Notes: generated from the letters alone by a model not told the origin. DNA of 64,000 nucleotides from Alphaproteobacteria bacterium (GCA_022825705.1 JAJDWH010000001.1:57418-121417), one strand, 5' to 3'. Shown: positions 52,561-61,622, counted from the stretch's first letter. A program made the numbers and translations.

Positions 52561-53504
52561 CCGACCCGATCCGCGTCGCGTATTTCAGTATCGACGACCC
52601 GGTGGAACCCTGGCGGGACCTCTGCCGCACCCTTACCCCGCCCGTGCAACTGCAGGCGTGGCCCGATGAGATCGACGATCCTGCCGGTATCGAGGCCGCA
52701 TTCGTGTGGCACGCGCCGGCCGGCATGTGGGCGGACCTGCCAAACCTCCGGTTTGTCCAGACGATCGGTACCGGGGTCGATCATTTGCTCGCGCATCCCC
52801 CTCCTCCGTCAGTCCTGCTGGCCCGCACCGTCGATCCGACGCTGACGGAACAGATGGTCGAGTACGCCCTGCTTGCCGTGCTTGCCTGCCACCGCAGCTT
52901 GCCCCAGCACTTGCACCACCAGAGACAACGCGTCTGGGGCATTCCACCCTACGCCGACACGGCGACAACGCCGGTGGGTGTCATGGGAACCGGTGAGATT
53001 GGCAGCGCCATCCTCAGCCGGCTGCAATCGCTCCAGTTTCCGCTCCGCGCCTGGTCGCGCTCCGGACGCCTGGACATCGAGGGCGTGACCGTATTCGCCG
53101 GTCTCGACGGGCTCGCGCCGTTCCTGGCCGACACCCGTATCCTGCTGTCGACCCTGCCGGCGACCGAAGAAACACACGGCCTGCTCAACGCTGACCGCTT
53201 GCGCCAGCTGCCTGCAGGGGCTCACCTCATCAACCTCGGCCGCGGCAGCGCCGTGGTGGAACGTGATCTCCATGCCTGCCTCGCATCCGGACACCTAGGC
53301 TCCTGCATTCTGGATGTGTTCGAGGAAGAACCCTTGCCCGCCGACAGCCCGCTCTGGCAGCATCCCGGCGTTATCGTCACGCCGCACGCAGCAGGGGTGA
53401 ACTTCGCGACCCCCTACGCCGCCCGGCTGCTGGCCGATAATCTCCAGCGGGTCCGGGCCGGACAGCCACCGTTGCACGGCATTTCGCCGGAGCGCGGCTA
53501 CTAA
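52557..53504 (+). CDS. D-isomer-specific 2-hydroxyacid dehydrogenase (glyoxylate/hydroxypyruvate reductase A-like)
   Basis: ATGA overlap with the yejF stop. GTGEIGSAI, NLGRG and VTPHAAG are present. Confidence 0.8.
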   Translation: MTDPIRVAYFSIDDPVEPWRDLCRTLTPPVQLQAWPDEIDDPAGIEAAFVWHAPAGMWADLPNLRFVQTIGTGVDHLLAHPPPPSVLLARTVDPTLTEQMVEYALLAVLACHRSLPQHLHHQRQRVWGIPPYADTATTPVGVMGTGEIGSAILSRLQSLQFPLRAWSRSGRLDIEGVTVFAGLDGLAPFLADTRILLSTLPATEETHGLLNADRLRQLPAGAHLINLGRGSAVVERDLHACLASGHLGSCILDVFEEEPLPADSPLWQHPGVIVTPHAAGVNFATPYAARLLADNLQRVRAGQPPLHGISPERGY

Positions 53505-53521
53505 TCTCGGAAAGACGCAGC

Positions 53522-54772
53522 ATGACGCCCTCCACAACAAGCGACCCGTACTACGACGACCTCGAGACGCGTCCTCCCGACGTCCGCGAGCGTGCGCAAT
53601 TTCAGGCCCTGCAGGCAGTCCTCCGCAAGGCCATTGCCAGCGCCCCAGCCTGGTCCAAGCGTCTGGCCGGGATCGACCCTGACGGCGTGAACGATCGCGA
53701 GGCGCTTGCGTCCCTGCCTGTGCTGCGCAAGTCCGACCTGCCTCCGCTGCAGGAAGCAGCGCCGCCCTTCGGCGGCCTCGCCACGCGAGCGGCCGGCACC
53801 TTTCGACACGTCTTCGCCTCGCCCGGGCCGATCTACGAGCCCGGCCATACGGGGGATTTCTGGCGGATGGCCCGCGTGATGCACGCTGCCGGTTTCCGGC
53901 CGGGAGATCTCGTCTACAACACGTTCTCGTACCACTTCACGCCGGCTGGCTTCATGATGGAGCAAGGCGCGCACGCCATCGGCTGCGCGGTGTTCCCTGC
54001 GGGCATCGGCAATACCGATCTGCAGGTCGAAACCATCGCGTCGCTCCGGCCGAACCGGTACGCGGGAACCCCGTCCTTCCTGGGCATTCTGCTGAAGGAG
54101 GGGGACAGCCGCGGCCTCGATCTATCGTCGATCGAGAGCGGAATCGTTGGCGGCGAGGCGCTGACGACCAGTCTTCGCGAACAGTTCGATGCACGCGGCA
54201 TCCGCGTGCTGCAGGGCTACGGCACTGCCGATGTCGGTCAGATCGCGTACGAAACGACACCGGGCGCCGGATTGGTGCTCGACGAAGACGTGATCGTTGA
54301 ACTTGTCGAGCCCGGCGGCAGCAGGCCGGTTCCCCACGGAGAAATCGGCGAGGTGGTGGTCACTTTGCTCAACCCCGACTATCCGATGATTCGTTTCGGG
54401 ACGGGCGATCTCTCGAAGTTTCTCGACAGCCCCAGTCCGTGCGGCCGCACCGCGCCCCGCATTGCCGGCTGGCTGGGGCGCGCCGACCAGACGACCAAGG
54501 TCCGGGGCATGTTCGTGCATCCGGGGCAGGTACAGGAAATCGCAAGGCGCCATCCCGAAGTCGGGCGCCTGCGTCTGATGATCGGCCGGGAGGACGATCG
54601 GGATACCGCTGTCCTTCAGGTTTCGCCACGCGCCGGGCAGTCGGCCCCGACGGACCAGATTTCGGAAACCGCGCGGGCTGTGCTTCGCGTCCGGGCCGAA
54701 GTCGAGGTCGTGCCCGAGGACGCCCTTCCGGACGATGGTCGGCACATCGAAGACATCCGCGCACATGACTGA
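53522..54772 (+). CDS. Phenylacetate-CoA ligase-like (PaaK family) adenylate-forming enzyme
   Basis: 416 aa. Resembles the PaaK / coenzyme F390 synthetase family (YNTFSYHFTPAG, GTPSFL, YGTAD). Confidence 0.65.
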   Translation: MTPSTTSDPYYDDLETRPPDVRERAQFQALQAVLRKAIASAPAWSKRLAGIDPDGVNDREALASLPVLRKSDLPPLQEAAPPFGGLATRAAGTFRHVFASPGPIYEPGHTGDFWRMARVMHAAGFRPGDLVYNTFSYHFTPAGFMMEQGAHAIGCAVFPAGIGNTDLQVETIASLRPNRYAGTPSFLGILLKEGDSRGLDLSSIESGIVGGEALTTSLREQFDARGIRVLQGYGTADVGQIAYETTPGAGLVLDEDVIVELVEPGGSRPVPHGEIGEVVVTLLNPDYPMIRFGTGDLSKFLDSPSPCGRTAPRIAGWLGRADQTTKVRGMFVHPGQVQEIARRHPEVGRLRLMIGREDDRDTAVLQVSPRAGQSAPTDQISETARAVLRVRAEVEVVPEDALPDDGRHIEDIRAHD

Positions 54773-55382
54773 TCCGGCCGGGGCGTCACCCGACGCCCTG
54801 GCGGTCACCAACCTGTCCTGCGTACGTGGCGAGAGGGCACTCTTCACCGGCGTCTCGTTCGTGGTTCCAGGCGGGAGCGCCTTGCTGGTGACGGGCCCGA
54901 ACGGCTCCGGCAAGTCTTCGCTGCTCCGCATCCTGGCCGGCCTGCTGGACGCCGCGGACGGGAGTTACCGTCCGCCCGAACGCGGTGCCTTCACGCGTTC
55001 CGTGGGGTACCTCGGCCACGCCAATTCGGTAAAGATTCGTTTGACGGTGTGGGAGAATCTGCGGTTCTGGGGGCGATTGGCACACGCAGAACCGGCGGTG
55101 GAACCGATTCTGCAACGCGTCGGACTCGATCGCTTCATGGACATGCCGGCGGGCTGGCTCTCTGCCGGACAGCAGCGCCGTCTTGCACTGTCGCAGCTCC
55201 TGATCGTGGACTCGCGCCTGTGGCTGCTGGACGAACCGGCCGCCAATCTGGACTCCGGTGGCGAAGCCGTGCTTCAGCAAGAACTCGCACGCCACCGTTC
55301 CACGGGCGGGTGCGCCGTCGTGACCTCTCCGACCGACATCGAGATGACGGACGCCCAACGGTTTGAACTGGCCGGCCAATGA
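54765..55382 (+). CDS. ccmA: Haem exporter ATP-binding protein CcmA
   Basis: Internal ATG 54765 overlaps the preceding gene by 8 nt. GPNGSGKSS, LSAGQQRRLAL and WLLDEP are present. Confidence 0.85.
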   Translation: MTDPAGASPDALAVTNLSCVRGERALFTGVSFVVPGGSALLVTGPNGSGKSSLLRILAGLLDAADGSYRPPERGAFTRSVGYLGHANSVKIRLTVWENLRFWGRLAHAEPAVEPILQRVGLDRFMDMPAGWLSAGQQRRLALSQLLIVDSRLWLLDEPAANLDSGGEAVLQQELARHRSTGGCAVVTSPTDIEMTDAQRFELAGQ

Positions 55383-56044
55383 CGTTCGTTCGTGCCGTCG
55401 TGGAACGAGACCTGAAGCTCTACATGCGCGGAGTCGTCGACCTCATCGGGGTATGGATGTTCTTCGGAATCGCCATCGCCATGCTGCCGCTCAGCATTGG
55501 CCCCGACCCCGACATTCTGAGCCGCATCGCCCCTGGCGCCGCCTGGGCCATTGCGCTGCTCGCCTCCATGTTGTCGCTGGAGCGCGTCTTTGCACCGGAT
55601 CAGCTGGATGGCTCGCTGGACCTCCTGCTGCTGCATGCCCCCAGCGCCCATGTACTGGTGCTGGCAAAAGGCTTTGCCCATTGGCTGGTAACCGGTCTGC
55701 CCTTCGTGGTTCTGGCGCCCGTGGCAGCCATCGCGCTCGGCATGGAACTGCGTGGCGTCCTGCCACTTGCCGGAGCCCTTCTGATCGGAACCCCTGCACT
55801 GTCGCTCATCGGTACGGTGGGGGCGGCGCTGACCGCGCCGCTCAGGCGTGGCGGAATCCTTGCTGCGCTGATCGTTCTGCCCCAAACCATTCCCGTGCTA
55901 ATTTTCGGAACCGCTGCCGTGAGCGAAACCCTCATGGGACGTGACTCCGGCGCGTACTTCTCCGTGCTGGGAGCCTTCACGCTTGCCGCGCTGGCTCTTG
56001 CGCCGTATGCAGGCAACGCTGCCCTGCGGGCAGTACGCAGCTAG
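55379..56044 (+). CDS. ccmB: Haem exporter membrane protein CcmB
   Basis: ATGA overlap with the ccmA stop. 221-aa polytopic protein with ERVFAPDQLDGSLDLL. Confidence 0.85.
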   Translation: MTFVRAVVERDLKLYMRGVVDLIGVWMFFGIAIAMLPLSIGPDPDILSRIAPGAAWAIALLASMLSLERVFAPDQLDGSLDLLLLHAPSAHVLVLAKGFAHWLVTGLPFVVLAPVAAIALGMELRGVLPLAGALLIGTPALSLIGTVGAALTAPLRRGGILAALIVLPQTIPVLIFGTAAVSETLMGRDSGAYFSVLGAFTLAALALAPYAGNAALRAVRS

Positions 56045-56084
56045 ATCCCTCCCGCCGTCGCATGCTGTTATCTGGACCGACTTG

Positions 56085-56834
56085 ATGGCCAAGGCCTTGC
56101 ACCGACTGGCCAACCCGGCCCGCTTTCTCCGGATTGCTTCTCCGCTCCTGCCCTGGATCGCTGCCGGGGCGGCGGTTTGCATGGGCCTCGGGCTCTGGTT
56201 CGGACTGGTTGAATCCCCGCCCGACTATCAGCAGGGCGATGCCGCGCGGATCATGTACGTGCACGTGCCTGCCGCCTGGAATGCACTGGCCGGTTATGCC
56301 GGGCTGGCCATCGCAAGCGCCATTGCCCTGGTCTGGCGGCACCCCCTTGCCCTGGTAGCGGCTCGCTGCATCGCACCGATCGGCGCATGCTTCACGGTGA
56401 TCGCTATCGCCACGGGTTCCATATGGGGCCATCCCATGTGGGGTACCTGGTGGGTTTGGGATGCGCGGCTGACCTCGGTCGTCGTCCTGTTGTTCCTGTA
56501 CCTGGGCTACATCGCGCTGCTGCATGCGTTCGACGAACAGGAAACCGGCGAACGGGCGGCCACGGTGCTCGCGCTAATCGGTGCCGTGAACTTGCCGGTC
56601 ATCAAGTTTTCCGTGGATTGGTGGAACACCCTACATCAGCCGGCCAGCATTCTGCGCTTCGGCGGACCTTCGATCGACCCGGCGATGCTGTTGCCGCTGA
56701 TGCTGATGGCCGGAGGATTCACGCTGCTGTTCGCCTACCTGGTCATCATCCGGATGCAGACTGAGCTTGCCCGACGTCGTGTGATGGCGCTGCGGCGGAC
56801 TGCGCTAGCCATGTCCCCGGCCAGCGATGCCTGA
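56085..56834 (+). CDS. ccmC: Haem exporter protein CcmC
   Basis: Internal ATG 56085 was used. The WGxxWxWD tryptophan-rich motif is present (WGTWWVWDARL). Confidence 0.88.
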   Translation: MAKALHRLANPARFLRIASPLLPWIAAGAAVCMGLGLWFGLVESPPDYQQGDAARIMYVHVPAAWNALAGYAGLAIASAIALVWRHPLALVAARCIAPIGACFTVIAIATGSIWGHPMWGTWWVWDARLTSVVVLLFLYLGYIALLHAFDEQETGERAATVLALIGAVNLPVIKFSVDWWNTLHQPASILRFGGPSIDPAMLLPLMLMAGGFTLLFAYLVIIRMQTELARRRVMALRRTALAMSPASDA

Positions 56835-57006
56835 GTTGGGTGCGTTCCTAGCGATGGGCGGCTACGGCGCCTACGTCTGGTCCGCGTATGCGATTACCGG
56901 TCTGATCCTGGGACTCCTGGTCGTGGCGAGCCTGCGGGCACGTCGGTCGATGCGGGCGAACCTCGACGAGGCCGAACAGGCCTCACCCCGAAGGCGCGCC
57001 CGGTGA
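56827..57006 (+). CDS. ccmD: Haem exporter protein CcmD (59 aa, below the ORF-track cut-off)
   Basis: Hand translation gives MPELGAFLAMGGYGAYVWSAYAITGLILGLLVVASLRARRSMRANLDEAEQASPRRRAR. It overlaps ccmC by 8 nt, and its stop overlaps the ccmE GTG (GTGA). Confidence 0.7.
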   Translation: MPELGAFLAMGGYGAYVWSAYAITGLILGLLVVASLRARRSMRANLDEAEQASPRRRAR

Positions 57007-57458
57007 CCCGCAAGCGTCAGCGTCTCATCGGCCTCCTCTCGGCTGGAGTGGTTCTGGGGGTCGCGGCGACTCTCGTGTTCCAGGCACTCGATGACACGCT
57101 TGTGTTCTTCTATAGCCCGACCCAGGCAGCCGAACGGCAGTTCCGACCCGGGGAGGCCATCCGGCTCGGCGGCCTGGTCAAGGTCGAAAGCGTGCAGCAC
57201 TCGGACGACAGTCTGAAAGTCTGGTTCGTAGTGACCGACGGCGCCAACGACGTCACGGTCACGTTCCACGGGATCCTGCCGGACTTGTTCCGTGAGGAGC
57301 AGGGCGTCGTCGCCGAAGGCAGCTTCCTGCCGGACGGCACCTTCGTTGCGACCGAGGTGCTGGCCCGGCATGACGAAAACTACATGCCCAAGGAGGTGAT
57401 GGACGCGCTTCGTGAACAGGGCATGCTCGTCGAAGAGAACGGTAAGAAGAGCTACTGA
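57003..57458 (+). CDS. ccmE: Cytochrome c-type biogenesis haem chaperone CcmE
   Basis: 151 aa with an N-terminal anchor, IRLGGLV, and the haem-binding His in LARHDENYMPKEV. Confidence 0.9.
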   Translation: MTRKRQRLIGLLSAGVVLGVAATLVFQALDDTLVFFYSPTQAAERQFRPGEAIRLGGLVKVESVQHSDDSLKVWFVVTDGANDVTVTFHGILPDLFREEQGVVAEGSFLPDGTFVATEVLARHDENYMPKEVMDALREQGMLVEENGKKSY

Positions 57459-57712
57459 GAGCCGTCGCGCGTCGGACGGCGCGCACCCGCAAACCACTGC
57501 CTCCTTGCGTCCCGGCCTCAGGCAGATCCTTTGAGGATGCAAGTAGCTGCGTTGGCAACAACTTCGGGTACGGTTCCGTGACGGGCGGAGGTTACCGGAC
57601 GCTTGCGCCAGCTCCCGACCTAGGCGGCGCGGGAGAACGCCCGCCTGAGAGAGAGGTCTTGAGAAAGGATTGCGACCAGCAAGCCTCCCACAGCCCAAGA
57701 AACAGTCTGCGT

Positions 57713-58627
57713 CTATCGCATCAGGTCGTATGCAAGCTTGGCGGCAGCAGCGTCCATGGCCGCCACTCCGACCGAATCGTAGATGACGGTAGCGCCAGAC
57801 GGTACCTGGTGCACACCGAGATACACCTCTCCGACTTCGGCAAAGATCTCGCAACCGGAACCCCGAACATTGCCGGACTGATCCAAGGCAGCTTCACGCG
57901 ATTCCACGACAACGGTGTGACTCATGGCCGCGTCGTCGAGTTCACGGCCGTCGCGGGTATTCCATCCGACAGCGGCGACAAAAGCCCCCGATTTCAGCCA
58001 GTCTCCCATCAAGATGGGCTCCGTGGCCGCCGTGGTACAGGCCACGATGTCAGCTCCCCGCACGGCCCGCTCCGCATCGTCCACGAAAACGGCCCCAACT
58101 GCGTCCGCGGCAGCCTGTCCGGAAGTTTCGTTCCGGGCCCAAAGCCGAAGCTCTCCACAGGGGCGGACGATGGACAGCGCCCGGGCATGGGCACGGGCCT
58201 GAACGCCGCTCCCCATGATCGTCACCACTTCGGGCGTCGGAACCGAAAACGCACGGGCTGCTGCGGCCGATGCTGCTGCAGTCCGCATCTCTGTGATCAG
58301 CCGTCCATCAAGTGCCGCAACGGGTGCTCCGTTGTCCTTGTCGAACAGAAGGATGACCGCTTGATGGGTCGGAACTCCGGTGCCGGCATTGGTGTGGTAG
58401 AACGTCACGACCTTTACCGCGACCACACCCCCGGCGGCAGGCATGGTGCCGAGAAAGGCATCGCGGCCGGGAACCGGCACCATCTGGCGGAGCGGCTGCG
58501 CCACCTGCCCAGACGACAGCGCGCACATCGCCTTCTCGATCTCATCGATCAGGGGCTTCCATTCCAGAACGCGCGCGACCGCGGACTCATTGAAGAATGG
58601 CAATTCCTCCGGACCTCGATGGGTCAT
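57713..58627 (-). CDS. Ornithine cyclodeaminase / mu-crystallin family protein
   Basis: Internal ATG 58627 gives 304 aa. The Rossmann motif IMGSGVQA and the family-typical TGMRTAA-like ITEMRTAAASA are present. Confidence 0.8.
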   Translation of the reverse strand: MTHRGPEELPFFNESAVARVLEWKPLIDEIEKAMCALSSGQVAQPLRQMVPVPGRDAFLGTMPAAGGVVAVKVVTFYHTNAGTGVPTHQAVILLFDKDNGAPVAALDGRLITEMRTAAASAAAARAFSVPTPEVVTIMGSGVQARAHARALSIVRPCGELRLWARNETSGQAAADAVGAVFVDDAERAVRGADIVACTTAATEPILMGDWLKSGAFVAAVGWNTRDGRELDDAAMSHTVVVESREAALDQSGNVRGSGCEIFAEVGEVYLGVHQVPSGATVIYDSVGVAAMDAAAAKLAYDLMR

Positions 58628-58776
58628 TTCGTTTTTTCCTTCACGGTCGGCCGGCAACTGCGTAAGAGGGCACGGCGGGGCCACCCGGACGACACGGCAG
58701 GCCCACTTGCCTGGAATACGGCGCCCCGCTTATCCAAGCCCCCTACACTGCCGCCAACGGCGCATCGCGTGGCAAC

Positions 58777-59232
58777 TTATTCCGCTTTGTCAGCGGCGGT
58801 CACACCGCAGCAGCCGTCTTTCGCGTTATCCAACGGAGCATGGAGCGGATTGGTATCAGCGCCGTACCAAGCAATGTCGTCATGGGTGTGGAACACTTCC
58901 CACCGCACGCCCACGGGGTCCAACGACCAAGCCTTGTCTGACTTGCTGTAACAGCATTCTGCCGACGATTGCTCGATCAGCGGTGCCTCTGCCCGGGCCA
59001 ATTGCTTCGTCATCCCCTCCAATTCTGCTTCGTCATCGACCTGAATTCCGAGGTGGTCTACGCCTTCCTTGCATCCTCGCGAATCCAGGACGAAGTTCAC
59101 GCGCGGGTCTTCCAGCATCCATTTCGCGTAACCGGGCTTCCTGACAGTCGGTTCCGCGTCAAATAACGTCGTGTAGAACTCGACCGTATGTTCGAGGTTC
59201 GTGACCCCGACGGAGACGTGAAGGCGTTTCAT
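58777..59232 (-). CDS. ArsI/CadI family VOC metalloenzyme (C-As lyase-like)
   Basis: Internal ATG 59232 gives 151 aa. HVSVGVTNLEHTVEFYTTLF, HLGIQV and the vicinal Cys pair in AECCYSKSDKAW resemble ArsI. Confidence 0.7.
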   Translation of the reverse strand: MKRLHVSVGVTNLEHTVEFYTTLFDAEPTVRKPGYAKWMLEDPRVNFVLDSRGCKEGVDHLGIQVDDEAELEGMTKQLARAEAPLIEQSSAECCYSKSDKAWSLDPVGVRWEVFHTHDDIAWYGADTNPLHAPLDNAKDGCCGVTAADKAE

Positions 59233-59272
59233 GGCTTGACCTTTCCAGTTCACGAACTTGCAAAGATTGCGC

Positions 59273-59289
59273 TTGTTGCCGAGGAACAA
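59273..59289. promoter_or_regulatory. Palindrome TTGTT-N7-AACAA upstream of the ArsI-like gene
   Basis: Read directly from the sequence. It lies 41-57 nt upstream of ATG 59232 on the minus strand. Function unknown. Confidence 0.2.
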
Positions 59290-59685
59290 CATGTGGTGCC
59301 CGCCACCGTTGCAGTCAATCGCCAAACTTGCGGCCGGCCCAAGCCCCTACCTGATCATGACGGAGCGGGACAGCACGGTTGCGGTAAGTGGCCCACAGGG
59401 ATAGGCGATCATTCTCCTCGGATCATCATACTTCCGACTCCGAACGACAAGCGTTTTGGCGCCAAGTCAGGCCAGCACTCCAACGCGCATTAGCGGCTTC
59501 CTGCGTACGCGGTCCAATACGTTGCGGTAGCGCTGAGGCAATGCCCACAAACAAGCGTCAGGAGACGACCGCTCGACTCATGGACGCCATCAACAGGAAC
59601 AGCGCCATGCTTCCGAAAGTCTCCATCCCGATTTGTCGAAGACCAACCGCCTTACGTCGACCGCCGGGAAGAAATGACGCGCGCG

Positions 59686-60622
59686 TCACAGAGGAACTTT
59701 GAAACCCATTGAAACCGCCCAATAGCTTGGACCCGGCACAGATACGCCATACGAGACGGGCGCGCCGCCCGGCTCGACCGTGGATTCGTGCCCACGCAGT
59801 GGTCGCCACGCGTGCCCGTCATCGAGGAAATCGTCCAGCGCCCGTGCGTAACGCAGTTTCCCGGTGACAATCCGTCCATTCTCCAGAGCGTAATCCAGCC
59901 CCAGGATCAGCTGATATCCCCATAGCCAGTCCGACACCCTGGCGGCAGCACGGGACTCCTTGTTCGCTGCTTCGGGATGTCGAGGTGGATCCAGCGCGAG
60001 CAGGGCGGCTACACCGCGCCGAATCGAGGTGGCCGAATAGTCGATCTCAACTCTCGATGTCCCCACGCCAACACCGACAAACGGCCTCAGCGCCAAGTCG
60101 TCGAGACCTGACAAATCGTAGTAAAGGTTGGCGAAGAGGCTATGGGTGTGGAACTCCCCTACTTCCTCTTCACGGACGGAGAACTCCCGCTGCTTGGGAT
60201 CGCCAGGAACCACCAGGTCCACCTTGTCCCCATCGCGACGATGATGGACGTACTCAACCTCAAGGCGATACGGCCCAGAACCGGAATACCCGACTTGGAT
60301 GCCGGCCAGCACCCCGCCACTCAGCTCGAATTCGTTCGCACTCGACGGGAGCTCTCTCGGTTGACACTGATCTGCAGGCAACGGGAGCTCCTGTCCGTCG
60401 ACAACCACGGATTCGAACCATTGGTCGCAATTTGTCGGAATGCCATGATGGGTTCGTGTGGACCGGAGCGTGGTCGCCGCGGAGATACCTACTTCAATGC
60501 CAGCGTAAAACCCCGGACGGCGCTCCTCTCCCAACGCCGATGGCACCCATGCAAGGGCTGACAGCAGAACACCCAGTCCGAACGGGAGTATCGCAAGACC
60601 CCCGTGTCGTAATGTCCTGCAT
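59686..60622 (-). CDS. Outer-membrane beta-barrel protein, start unresolved (possible frameshift at a G5 run)
   Basis: The mature part has alternating beta-strand patterns (GFYAGIEVG, FANLYYDL, PFVGVGVG, GYQLILGLDY). The signal-like segment GLAILPFGLGVLLSALAWVPSALG has no in-frame ATG, GTG or TTG nearby. ATG 60622 is in the -1 frame. Confidence 0.55.
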
Positions 60623-60901
60623 TGCCAGGGAACAGTTCCCGTGATCGAAGGCCCTGCGATTTCCGCAATTCGCGAGGTCGCCAAGTCCAGTCTCCTATTA
60701 CAGGTGGCATCATCATATCGGTCGTACCGTTCGCCTGACTGCCCGCTACCGTCCCGACCTGCCACTACTCCGGCCGGCGAGAGCGAATCAATCGGGTCAT
60801 TCTCGGCGCGGGCATCGGGCCTGCCACTGCGCCGGTACCGCTGGCCGCTTATTTCAGCAGCATTTCGAGAGCCTTGCGCTCCAGGTTTAAGTCCATCATC
60901 G

Positions 60902-61300
60902 TCAGCCTGTTCCCGTTCCTGCCAATCGGCGCCGGACTCTCGCGAGTAACGCCTCCACCTGTTCGATAGCCCCTGCCCGATCAAGCGGACCGGCACCGAG
61001 CTCGACGGCCGCGTAACGCAGACGGACGGCGTACCTGGCGTAGTCCACCAGCCCGTCGAAGCGGGCGACATCCGCTCCGCCAACTCTCAACATGTCCAGT
61101 AGGGCCGCCAGATCGTGCGACTGTGGTTAGGTTTCGCCCTGCAAAGCAAGCCAAGCTTTGAACAACTTCTCCGCGGCCTGTTGAACATGGAAACCGAAAA
61201 TCTCGTCCGCGAAGATGGCTGCATCGTCCATACCGCGAAGCGCTGAGATGTCTCTCTCCGCCGCGCTCGCCAACTCCCGCGCTTGCTCAAGGTCGTTCAT
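60902..61300 (-). pseudogene. HEPN-domain toxin-like gene interrupted by an in-frame TAA
   Basis: Track ORFs 61127..61339 and 60902..61093 are in the same frame. Reading through TAA 61129..61127 gives ...KAWLALQGET*PQSHDLAALLDML...YARYAVRLRY..., 132 codons from ATG 61300. Confidence 0.6.
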
Positions 61301-61622
61301 AGAGCACTCTGCCTTCGCGCAGTGCGCGTGCGAGCACATGATTGAGAGAGCCGCGCCAGCGGTCGGCCTCGTCCAAGCTGTAGACTAAGATATCCTTCGG
61401 AACGTGGAATTTCGCAAGCGCACGCCAGATGCGTGTCTCTTCAGCACCGCGGTCACGGCCCGGACCGAACGGTTCCGCCTCAACAACCACCAGATCCACA
61501 TCCGAATCCGCCCCGGCATCGCCACGGGCGCGTGAGCCGAAAAGGATCACCTGCTCGGGATCAGCAGCATCGATGATGGCCGCCGTCATCTGACGCAGAA
61601 GAGCGTCGTCAACTCGTTGCAT
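61287..61622 (-). CDS. Minimal nucleotidyltransferase (MNT, Pol-beta superfamily), antitoxin-like partner of HEPN
   Basis: 111 aa with the LFGSRARGDAGADSDVDL motif. Its 3' end overlaps the HEPN start by 14 nt. Confidence 0.75.
   Translation of the reverse strand: MQRVDDALLRQMTAAIIDAADPEQVILFGSRARGDAGADSDVDLVVVEAEPFGPGRDRGAEETRIWRALAKFHVPKDILVYSLDEADRWRGSLNHVLARALREGRVLYERP

Noticed and set aside
57461-57640. GC-rich inverted repeats after ccmE (about 57461..57486) and after the convergent cyclodeaminase-like gene (about 57613..57637), as possible terminators
   Set aside because: The stems are imperfect and no U-tract follows on either strand. I could not justify calling them.
57578-58951. 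457-aa plus-strand ORF
   Set aside because: It is antisense to the ornithine cyclodeaminase-like and ArsI-like genes. Its composition is low-complexity and Arg/Gly/Pro/His-rich, with no recognisable motif.
60623-61083. N-terminal 150-codon extension of the barrel-protein ORF, up to the track start at 61083
   Set aside because: The extension is Arg/Gly/Asp-rich with no motif, places the signal-like segment about 155 residues from the N-terminus, and overlaps the distal HEPN fragment in another frame.
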